NCBI GenBank assembly: GCA_029247075.1
Contig: JAQWLX010000012.1
Location: forward strand, 1-58,629
Source: Halieaceae bacterium
Lineage (GTDB): Bacteria > Pseudomonadota > Gammaproteobacteria > Pseudomonadales > Halieaceae
Reading direction: 5' to 3'
DNA: 58,629 bases
Positions 43,100-51,014 of this stretch are shown in pieces. Position numbers and translations under genes: made by a program. The notes under the pieces were generated by a model. The model was not told the origin of the DNA and searched no databases. It saw only the letters and a program-made list of their open reading frames with translations. How positions within the stretch are numbered: position 1 is the stretch's first letter; each line of letters begins with the position of its first letter.

Positions 43100-46081
43100 A
43101 TGGCAGACATACTTTCAGTTGGCACGTCAGCAGTAAATGTCTATCGACAGGCGCTGACGACCGTCAGTAACAATATCGCTAATATGAATACTGAAGGATA
43201 TTCCCGTCAGGAAGCGATATCGACTCAAAATTTGCCCACTGAGCAAGGTCAGTCTTTTATTGGAACAGGTTCGTCACTCAAGCGAATTACCCGAAGTTAC
43301 GATCAATTTCTTGAAGGTAACTTGAGGCAAAGTAATAGCGAATTATCGTCGCAAACACCTTTGATTAACTACTCCCAGCGCATAGTCGATATTATGGGAG
43401 ATTCACAGTCAGGACTTGCCGGGGCACTAGACAAATTCTTTAGTGACGCCGAAGTGTTGAGTACGGATCCGGCGTCGGGCGGACTGAGAACGACATTCCT
43501 GGCATCCAGTGAAAGCCTAGTTTCTAGGATACGATCTATCTCGCAATCTCTGTCTGACGTTGTCCGCGATGTTAATGGGGAGACAGAGACGGTAGTTAAT
43601 GCAATAAATGAGAAAGCTAGCCAACTAGCGTTTTTAAATGGACAGATGGCGAGTAATCCGAGCAAGCTGAGCCAGAACCCTGCTTTAATGGATTCACGTG
43701 ATTTGCTACTCCACGAGTTATCCGGATTAGTCAAAATTAAGGTCACTGAAAATTCTGCGGGCCTGGTCGATGTAGAGTTAGCTGGTGCTGGCGCTGCTGG
43801 GACCATTGTGAATGGAATAAAATCTCGCGATATTGGTGTGCAGACCTATGCAGAAGCAACTAAAAAATCACTAGTTTCAGCGGACCCCGCGGGTGATTCG
43901 GTCCCTCTTCCTGCGATTCAAGGAGGTGAGTTGGGAGGATTAATAAGCCTCAGGAACGCTGCCTTGATGGAGACCGTCGAGGATTTTGATCTTTTTGTAG
44001 AAGGTTTTGCGAACGAAATAAATAAAATTCATTCTGGGAGTATGGATAAGAAGAATCAAAGCGGTGCTCAATTATTTGCCACGGCACCTGTAGTGGAGTT
44101 AGTCAGTAGTGACATGAGGGCTGAGAGCCCGGCTACTGCGATTGTAACAGATGTTAAAAATACGGTGCCTTCACTAGATGTCACCTGGTACGCACAAGAT
44201 AAGAAATTTCTTGTGCAAGATGGGATCGCTGACAAGTGGTTTGATAGTGCGACGGCAACAGGCATAGGAAAAATTAAAACCAATGGTCTGGAAATTGATA
44301 TAACGAAAACCTTGTCAAACAGGCAGAAAATTACTTTATCGGTTTTGAGCAGGCCTGCAGAGACGATTAAGGTAGGAATAGCGAATGGCGATGAAATCGC
44401 CGCCGCCGATAGGTTGCGCGTGATTGTCGATACGGCAAACAATGGAGATTCGAAAGCCGCGATTACCTATGATCCAGAAAGAGCCGATGTTGCGTTGCCA
44501 GGTTTTGATTTAGGTTCTTTGGTCACGGGATCAAAAGTATTAAATAATCTTGTGACCACAGATAATATAAAGCCTTGGAGCTATTTGACTGCAGGATCTA
44601 CTGGATCAAGTGTTGTCTTAGATGTACCCGTTGGGAATACGACCCGGATTGACTTGATCACTAAAGATGGAGTCCATCTTTTGGGTAAACAACCCACCAA
44701 CACGTCTTTATGGCTCACAGGTAATAGTTTTTTTAACGAGGGAGTCTCTTATAGCTCTACTTATCTAAATAAGACCGGATCAAACGCGTTTCTTGATCTG
44801 GACGTGACTTTTGGATTCAGTCAAGCGAAATCCTCTATGTTGTCGGCTTCATCGCCGAACGAATTTACTAGTGCTAGCGTGAATGCTTACACGAACTCGA
44901 CCGCTTCGAGTGTAGACTGGATTGCAAATGGCGCTTTATCACTTAACGGCATATCTCTTAACGCACTTACCGTTCCAAATAGCGGACCAACTGCAACCAC
45001 CTCTGCAAACACGTTGGCCACTTGGCTAAATGCTCAATCAGGTGCGACCGGTGTCACAGCTACAGCTGTCACAGAAATAAATGTCACGAAAAAGCAGGCT
45101 AATTTTGGTCAGGGTCTTACGATAAATGGAACCACCATTAACAATGCAAATACGGCGACGACTTTAAGTCAACTAGCGGATCGTATTGGTGCGATGAGTG
45201 CAACCACCGGTGTTGACGCGTACCTTGGGCTGGATGACAACATAGTATTAACCAATACCGCTGGGAATGAGGGAAAAAATATTGCTATTGGTAGCACGTC
45301 TGTTCCGAACACGCTTGGTGTCACAGATGCCACCTATTCAGGAAAACTCAAGCTCAGCGCCGCCAGTAATATCAAGTTTCAAGTCAACGAGGTTGCAGGG
45401 ACTCTGGGTTATCTCTCCGAACTTTCCAAATTAGGAATATCGGGCGGTGTTTATATAGACGGTGTGGTCCCTGAAGATTTAGCGGTGTTGGTTACGGACA
45501 CCACCGCATCGAATGTAAATATCGAGGCGAGGGTGGCAAGCAAGGCGCCTGATTCTGAGCTAAATCCGCAGCCAGAGGATCCTATAAAACTCGATTTTCT
45601 TGCGGGTGGATTGGTCACTATTACAGATACAAAAACAGATACGGTAGTGAGAAAACAGACGTTTGATCCACTAAAACCAATAATTTACAAAGGAGTCGAC
45701 ATTCGTTTTGATAATGCACCCCTGGTGGGAGATAGCTTTGTAGTTGAATCAAATCTAGATGCGCCCGGCGACAACGGTGGTATCCGAAGAATTGCTCTTT
45801 TGCAGACTCAACCTATCTTTCTTGGTAGTCGAAATGCTGGGGACGCATATACCGATATAGTTAATGACATGGGTGCTAAGGGATTTGTAGCAGAGATATC
45901 TCAGCAGGCGCTAGAGGTGGTTTACACGCAAGCGGTGGAGGCCGAGTCCGCGGCTTCGGGCGTTACTTTGGATAAAGAAGCTGCTGATTTGGTTCGTTAC
46001 CAACAATCCTTTCAGGCAGCGGCCCAGGTTATACAAGTATCGACACGTTTGTTTGACTCGATTATTCAAGCAACCCGTTAA
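43100..46081 (+). CDS. flgK: hook-filament junction protein FlgK (HAP1), very long form
   Basis: 993 aa. N-terminus LSVGTSAVNVYRQALTTVSNNIANMNTEGYSRQ. C-terminus GVTLDKEAADLVRYQQSFQAAAQVIQVSTRLFDSII. Confidence 0.93.
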   Translation: MADILSVGTSAVNVYRQALTTVSNNIANMNTEGYSRQEAISTQNLPTEQGQSFIGTGSSLKRITRSYDQFLEGNLRQSNSELSSQTPLINYSQRIVDIMGDSQSGLAGALDKFFSDAEVLSTDPASGGLRTTFLASSESLVSRIRSISQSLSDVVRDVNGETETVVNAINEKASQLAFLNGQMASNPSKLSQNPALMDSRDLLLHELSGLVKIKVTENSAGLVDVELAGAGAAGTIVNGIKSRDIGVQTYAEATKKSLVSADPAGDSVPLPAIQGGELGGLISLRNAALMETVEDFDLFVEGFANEINKIHSGSMDKKNQSGAQLFATAPVVELVSSDMRAESPATAIVTDVKNTVPSLDVTWYAQDKKFLVQDGIADKWFDSATATGIGKIKTNGLEIDITKTLSNRQKITLSVLSRPAETIKVGIANGDEIAAADRLRVIVDTANNGDSKAAITYDPERADVALPGFDLGSLVTGSKVLNNLVTTDNIKPWSYLTAGSTGSSVVLDVPVGNTTRIDLITKDGVHLLGKQPTNTSLWLTGNSFFNEGVSYSSTYLNKTGSNAFLDLDVTFGFSQAKSSMLSASSPNEFTSASVNAYTNSTASSVDWIANGALSLNGISLNALTVPNSGPTATTSANTLATWLNAQSGATGVTATAVTEINVTKKQANFGQGLTINGTTINNANTATTLSQLADRIGAMSATTGVDAYLGLDDNIVLTNTAGNEGKNIAIGSTSVPNTLGVTDATYSGKLKLSAASNIKFQVNEVAGTLGYLSELSKLGISGGVYIDGVVPEDLAVLVTDTTASNVNIEARVASKAPDSELNPQPEDPIKLDFLAGGLVTITDTKTDTVVRKQTFDPLKPIIYKGVDIRFDNAPLVGDSFVVESNLDAPGDNGGIRRIALLQTQPIFLGSRNAGDAYTDIVNDMGAKGFVAEISQQALEVVYTQAVEAESAASGVTLDKEAADLVRYQQSFQAAAQVIQVSTRLFDSIIQATR

Positions 46082-46100
46082 TTATTGAGAATTTAATGTT

Positions 46101-47306
46101 ATGAAAGTCTCTACTTCACAAATGTTTCTCAGCACAAGCTCTCAGCTTGCAAAGCAAAGTGGTCGAATCAATGAGTTACAGGCAAAAATTAGCACAGGGG
46201 AGAAGCTACTTTCACCAAGTGAAGAGCCGCAGAGAGCGGCATTAATTAATCAATTGGAATCTACGGCTAGTCAGATATCCACTTATCAAAAGAACCTGGA
46301 CAAAGTGGATGGGCGTTTGTCGATTGAAGAGGCCATTTTGACTTCGGTTGATAATATTATGGGAAGGATTAGAGATCTTTCTCTTGCCGCCGCCTCCGGA
46401 ACTTATTCTTCCGGTGACAAGGCCATCGTAGTTCAGGAAATGCGAGGTTTAAGAGATGAATTGCTATCACTTGCAAATTCGCAAGACTCCGGCAGCAATT
46501 ATATTTTTGCGGGAACAAAAGTGACCACGACACCGTACCAGGAAAACGCGGCTGGGGAGGTCACATATTTTGGAGATTCCTCTTCAGCAGTTGTCTCTAC
46601 GGGACCAAATAGCAACGTAAAGCTTAATCGTCCAGGTACTGAGGTGTTTTCTAAGGTTACTGATGGAGGTGTAGATTATAACTTCTTTGATGTGATCGAT
46701 GGAATGGCCGATGCATTAATGGGCACTGCAAAGCAGGAAACAGTCTCAAACTCTTATGCGACTTCTGCAACGGCATTAAATTCTGGTTCTGCATTTAACC
46801 TGAATGTATCTGTTGGAAAGACGAGCCCTACTAATACGACCATAAATGTCACGACAGATACCCCAGAGGGTGTTGTTACCGCTATCAATGCATCATCAAC
46901 AGGTCTTAAAGCAAAACTTGCTAAAGAAGATCCCGGTTCTGATGTTGTTCGAGTGTATATCGAAGGACCTGGTGGAGAAGAAGGAATTTTTACCATTTCT
47001 TCCACACCTAATATGGGATTTTCCAACAACGATAGGATTCAAAAAGGTATTGGTCGTGTCTCTGACTCTAAGAATCGAGCGACTGACGCGCTTGTTGGTA
47101 TTGGGGTTTCTATGTCCGTCGTTAACGAAAAGAAAGATGTTAATGAAGAAAGAGACCTTGCGATCAAAAAACTTATCTCGTCCGAGAAAGATCTCGATTA
47201 TGCACTTGCGGTCACTGAGCTTTCTTCTGAAATCATTGCTTTAGAGGCGCTGCAAAGTAGTTTCGCCAAGATTTCCCAGATGAGTCTTTTTGACTATCTT
47301 AGGTAA
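46101..47306 (+). CDS. flgL: hook-filament junction protein FlgL (HAP3) with inserted FliD-like module
   Basis: 401 aa. Flagellin-like N-terminus (RINELQAKISTGEKLLSPSEEP) and C-terminus (LSSEIIALEALQSSFAKISQMSLFDYL). Confidence 0.9.
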   Translation: MKVSTSQMFLSTSSQLAKQSGRINELQAKISTGEKLLSPSEEPQRAALINQLESTASQISTYQKNLDKVDGRLSIEEAILTSVDNIMGRIRDLSLAAASGTYSSGDKAIVVQEMRGLRDELLSLANSQDSGSNYIFAGTKVTTTPYQENAAGEVTYFGDSSSAVVSTGPNSNVKLNRPGTEVFSKVTDGGVDYNFFDVIDGMADALMGTAKQETVSNSYATSATALNSGSAFNLNVSVGKTSPTNTTINVTTDTPEGVVTAINASSTGLKAKLAKEDPGSDVVRVYIEGPGGEEGIFTISSTPNMGFSNNDRIQKGIGRVSDSKNRATDALVGIGVSMSVVNEKKDVNEERDLAIKKLISSEKDLDYALAVTELSSEIIALEALQSSFAKISQMSLFDYLR

Positions 47307-47319
47307 TGGATAAATACTA

Positions 47320-48759
47320 ATGAGTGAAGTGAGTAGCGCTACAGATACGACTAATTCGATCATGCAGGCACTTGATGTCGGTACGGGAATCAATATTAAA
47401 GATTTGGCCCAGTCGTTAGCAGATGCTGAAAATAAGCCAAATATGGATCGAATTTCTGACAAAATCACGCAAAGAGAAACCGCTATCTCTGGATATGGCG
47501 TTTTATCAAATAGTGTCAAAACTGTAAAGACTGCCTTAGAGGCATTAAATGATTTGGGAGAACTTTCGACCAAGGCTGCTACGCTTTCAAGCACCACATC
47601 GATTGATGTGAGCAACGTTAATTCGACGGCAATAGCTGGTAGTTATTCAATGACCGTGAGTCAACTTGCCAGTTCCCAACAGTTAATTTCGAATGCCTCT
47701 GCATCTAGCTCCACAGTATTAAATTCCGGGTCAGCATTTAATATAAGTGTTGCTGTTGGTGCAACTAGCCCTGTTAATTCCACTATAGCCGTGACATCCG
47801 ATACGCCAGCGGGAGTTGTGTCTGCGATTAATGAGTCTTCAACTGGCCTCAAGGCCTTTTTAGTTCAGGAGAATTCCGCGAGTACTAGCGTCAAGATTAT
47901 GGTCCAGGGTCCTTCTGGAGCAGAGGGGCAGTTCACTATTTCATCGACACCAAATTTGGGTTTCTCCACTAATGGAAATGCTTTGCCGACTGCACAAAAT
48001 GCAGTGATGACATTGAATGGTCTTACCGGTATTCAGAGATCGAGTAATGAGTTTTCGGACTTGATTCCAGGTACCACTGTAAAACTTAAAGCCACCACCG
48101 GTTCAGCGGTTTCACTTTCTATAAGTGAAGATAGAAGTATTGCTAAGACTTCCATCCAGGCTTTGGTGACGGCATACAATGATTTTGAGACAACGGTAGA
48201 TGAATTGCTGAACGAGGACTCCACGAATTTTTCATATAGTGGTTCTCTTTCAGATGACAGCAGCACGACCAGACTAGTCAAACAAAAGGTAGCTGACGCA
48301 ATAAAAGCAACTTCTTCTACGCAATCTGGGACTATGAAAGCATTAATTGATATTGGAGTGTCTTCAGATCGATACGGGCAACTTACTATAGATAACACAA
48401 AATTGGATGCAGCACTTTCCTCTAATTTTAGTGATGTTGCCAAGATGCTTAGTGCAAATACCGATAATCAAACTGTGTACGATACTGCTAATAAAGGGCT
48501 GGCAACCGATGCGATTATCATTCTAGATGATCTAACGTCAGCTAATGGGACAATTAAAACAAGCACTGCCAGTACTACAAAAACAATAGACAGATACCAG
48601 GAGCAGCTTGAAAAACTAGAAACCAGGTTACAGAAGGCCTATGACAGTTATATCGAGCAGTTCGCTGCAATGGAGTCGTTGGTTGAGTCGTTCAATAGTA
48701 CTGGGGATTACCTAACTGGTCAGTTTAAGGCAATGGAAAATGCTTATAGTAACAATTAA
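47320..48759 (+). CDS. fliD: filament cap protein FliD (HAP2)
   Basis: 479 aa. N-terminus INIKDLAQSLADAENKP...ITQRETAISGYG. C-terminus YDSYIEQFAAMESLVESFNSTGDYL. Confidence 0.92.
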   Translation: MSEVSSATDTTNSIMQALDVGTGINIKDLAQSLADAENKPNMDRISDKITQRETAISGYGVLSNSVKTVKTALEALNDLGELSTKAATLSSTTSIDVSNVNSTAIAGSYSMTVSQLASSQQLISNASASSSTVLNSGSAFNISVAVGATSPVNSTIAVTSDTPAGVVSAINESSTGLKAFLVQENSASTSVKIMVQGPSGAEGQFTISSTPNLGFSTNGNALPTAQNAVMTLNGLTGIQRSSNEFSDLIPGTTVKLKATTGSAVSLSISEDRSIAKTSIQALVTAYNDFETTVDELLNEDSTNFSYSGSLSDDSSTTRLVKQKVADAIKATSSTQSGTMKALIDIGVSSDRYGQLTIDNTKLDAALSSNFSDVAKMLSANTDNQTVYDTANKGLATDAIIILDDLTSANGTIKTSTASTTKTIDRYQEQLEKLETRLQKAYDSYIEQFAAMESLVESFNSTGDYLTGQFKAMENAYSNN

Positions 48760-49028
48760 CTTTCTTCAATAATTTCTAGAGTTGTTTTTTTCCACATTAG
48801 TCTGCCATCTGTCTCAATTCTTTTCTCTGGTACGCAATCAAGATAGACACTTCCAACTAAAATCACAGCGCCAAGTGAATAAGCTTTGCCCTCATATAAA
48901 CATGTGCGGCTATTGTTACTACTGTCCATAATAACTATAGGCTTGGCCTTGGCCGCAAAATTATTGCTGTAAGCCAGAGAACTAAAAGATACCACAAAGA
49001 GAATTAGTGAAAATCTCCTCATGCTCAT
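48756..49028 (-). CDS. small secreted protein (DUF1496-like?)
   Basis: The track ORF runs to 49088. The signal peptide begins at M21 (MSMRRFSLILFVVSFSSLAYS). Two Cys in CLYEGKAYSLGAVILVGSVYLDC. The family guess is from memory only. Confidence 0.5.
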   Translation of the reverse strand: MSMRRFSLILFVVSFSSLAYSNNFAAKAKPIVIMDSSNNSRTCLYEGKAYSLGAVILVGSVYLDCVPEKRIETDGRLMWKKTTLEIIEES

Positions 49029-49105
49029 TAAGAAAGCTGAGATTTTAAAATTGATTTGCTTAGTTAAGGTATTTGAAAAACGATACACGCACTTTACTCC
49101 CTCAG

Positions 49106-50026
49106 TTATTCAGATTTACGATGTTCTCTAGCAAGTTCTAAAATAGCCTTTGCATGCTCTTCGCTTATATCATATCGCTTGCGAAGATCTTCTAAATGTT
49201 CCTCTTCTGTTGCAGTCACTTCTCCATCTTCTAGTGCATGCGCCACTTCCGCTTTAAATATTTCTTTCCGCCTAGCCATCTGATTAGAAAAAGCGGTGGC
49301 GACTATACCTGTTAATAAAGCGACAGTAAGCACTCCCATCATTGCTGTCGCAGCTCCCACAAACTTTCCGGCTATGGTGATTGGTGATACATCTCCATAG
49401 CCGACGGTGGTAAGTGTGATAATTGACCACCACATTGCATGTGGTATTGAACTGAATACTTCCGGTTGAACCTCATTTTCGATTAGATAGATTAGGGTGC
49501 TGGCAATGAAAAACGCAATCGTAAATAGATAAAAGGCAGCGGCAAAAGTGCCTCGTTCATCTCGGATTGCTGAAAAAAGATCCTCCAGTGCGGTGGAGTA
49601 GTGAGAAATTTTAAACAGACGTAGCATTCTCATTACCCTTAGCCATCTAAGGTCAACGCTGGTCATAACGAGTGCAGCGATGCTCGGCAGTATTGCTAGC
49701 AGATCGATCAAACCATGACCGCTGAGAATATATGCCATCCGTTTTTCTAAAGGTCCAGCATCTGGCATATCTTCGCGAGCAGGAGCGCACCAAATTCTGA
49801 GACAGTATTCGATGCTAAAAATAAATACAGAAAATATTTCAAAAACAAAAAACTCTTTCGAATAGGCAGCATTTATACTTGAAACTGACTCAAGAGAAAT
49901 GGCTATCAGATTAAGGATAATTAAGCTACCGAGGATAATGTCACATATTCTGCTTGCTTGGCTCGTATGCGCTCCACCTTTCTCTAAGATCTTGTAAATT
50001 CGAACTTGTGTGGGTGAGGAAGCCAT
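49106..50026 (-). CDS. voltage-gated (Kv-type, 6TM) potassium channel
   Basis: 306 aa. S4-like LRWLRVMRMLRLFKISH. Selectivity filter TTVGYGD. Confidence 0.88.
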   Translation of the reverse strand: MASSPTQVRIYKILEKGGAHTSQASRICDIILGSLIILNLIAISLESVSSINAAYSKEFFVFEIFSVFIFSIEYCLRIWCAPAREDMPDAGPLEKRMAYILSGHGLIDLLAILPSIAALVMTSVDLRWLRVMRMLRLFKISHYSTALEDLFSAIRDERGTFAAAFYLFTIAFFIASTLIYLIENEVQPEVFSSIPHAMWWSIITLTTVGYGDVSPITIAGKFVGAATAMMGVLTVALLTGIVATAFSNQMARRKEIFKAEVAHALEDGEVTATEEEHLEDLRKRYDISEEHAKAILELAREHRKSE

Positions 50027-50107
50027 GTAACTTATTTTCCTTTTGTGCTACCGAGGATTTGTGCTATTGATAGTGTAATTATACGTTAGCAAAACAGAAG
50101 GTCAAAA

Positions 50108-50530
50108 ATGCCTAGAATTGTTTTCAAAGTGTTATTTAGTGCTGGTTTAATTTTGGCAATAAGTTCGCGAATTGTTATAGCAAATACTCTTTACTGTGAA
50201 CTGTTTTTTGATAGCTCTATTCAGCCAGTTAGTCTGAAATTAGATATTTTTGCTGATGGTTCTGCCTCTGCGCTACTTGATGACCAGTCGGTTTGGATTC
50301 AAAGAGCAAAAAAGACAAGATTGTCCAGTACTGAAGTTTTCTATCAATTTCAACTGGAGCCAAAGCCACCTAACCAACGCGAATCGCGTTTAGAGCTCTA
50401 TTTGTCTCGTTTTTCCTTGAAGCTCTACGGACGCAGAGAAGATCGTGTTAAGGGAGAAGTAGTATCTAGCGCAGAATATAATAATATGCAGTGCAGAAAA
50501 GAGGTAGTTATTGAGTTATTGCCAAATTGA
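50108..50530 (+). CDS. secreted hypothetical protein
   Basis: 140 aa. N-terminal signal-like segment VLFSAGLILAISSRIVIA. No recognised motif. Confidence 0.45.
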   Translation: MPRIVFKVLFSAGLILAISSRIVIANTLYCELFFDSSIQPVSLKLDIFADGSASALLDDQSVWIQRAKKTRLSSTEVFYQFQLEPKPPNQRESRLELYLSRFSLKLYGRREDRVKGEVVSSAEYNNMQCRKEVVIELLPN

Positions 50531-50532
50531 AA

Positions 50533-50886
50533 TTAGATTTTCTCCATGATATCCGCGACCGATTTCCCGTCTGTAATTTGGCTAGTTTTTGTCATATCAA
50601 CCAGGTAGATAGTTTCATACTCATGGCTTTTAATAAGGCTTATAAGTTTTTGCCATTCGCCGGTTTCTTGCAACAGTTGGAGGTCTTCTTTGCTGTGGAT
50701 CATTATTCGCACATGAGAATGAGGATGCTGCTGGCTAGATCCCTCTATATCAAGAACAACTCCAATTTCTTTACTGGTTTTCTCGATTAATAAGCTTGGG
50801 CAGTCATCCACCCAGCCTTCGACAAATGCACCAAAAGTGTCTTCCAAGGATTTTTGACATGGGTTATTAGCCGTCGTTTGCGTCAT
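50533..50886 (-). CDS. hypothetical cytoplasmic protein
   Basis: 117-aa ORF, preferred over the antisense 87-aa ORF at 50527-50790. No recognised motif. Confidence 0.45.
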   Translation of the reverse strand: MTQTTANNPCQKSLEDTFGAFVEGWVDDCPSLLIEKTSKEIGVVLDIEGSSQQHPHSHVRIMIHSKEDLQLLQETGEWQKLISLIKSHEYETIYLVDMTKTSQITDGKSVADIMEKI

Positions 50887-51014
50887 TTGATGGATTCCCG
50901 TCGCATATTAAGAGAATTATTTAAAAAATTATCTACCAAGTCTAAACGCTACTATCTATGTGTCGATTGTCAAGAGATGATTCGGGAAAATCTAGCTAAA
51001 GAGATTTTAAAATA

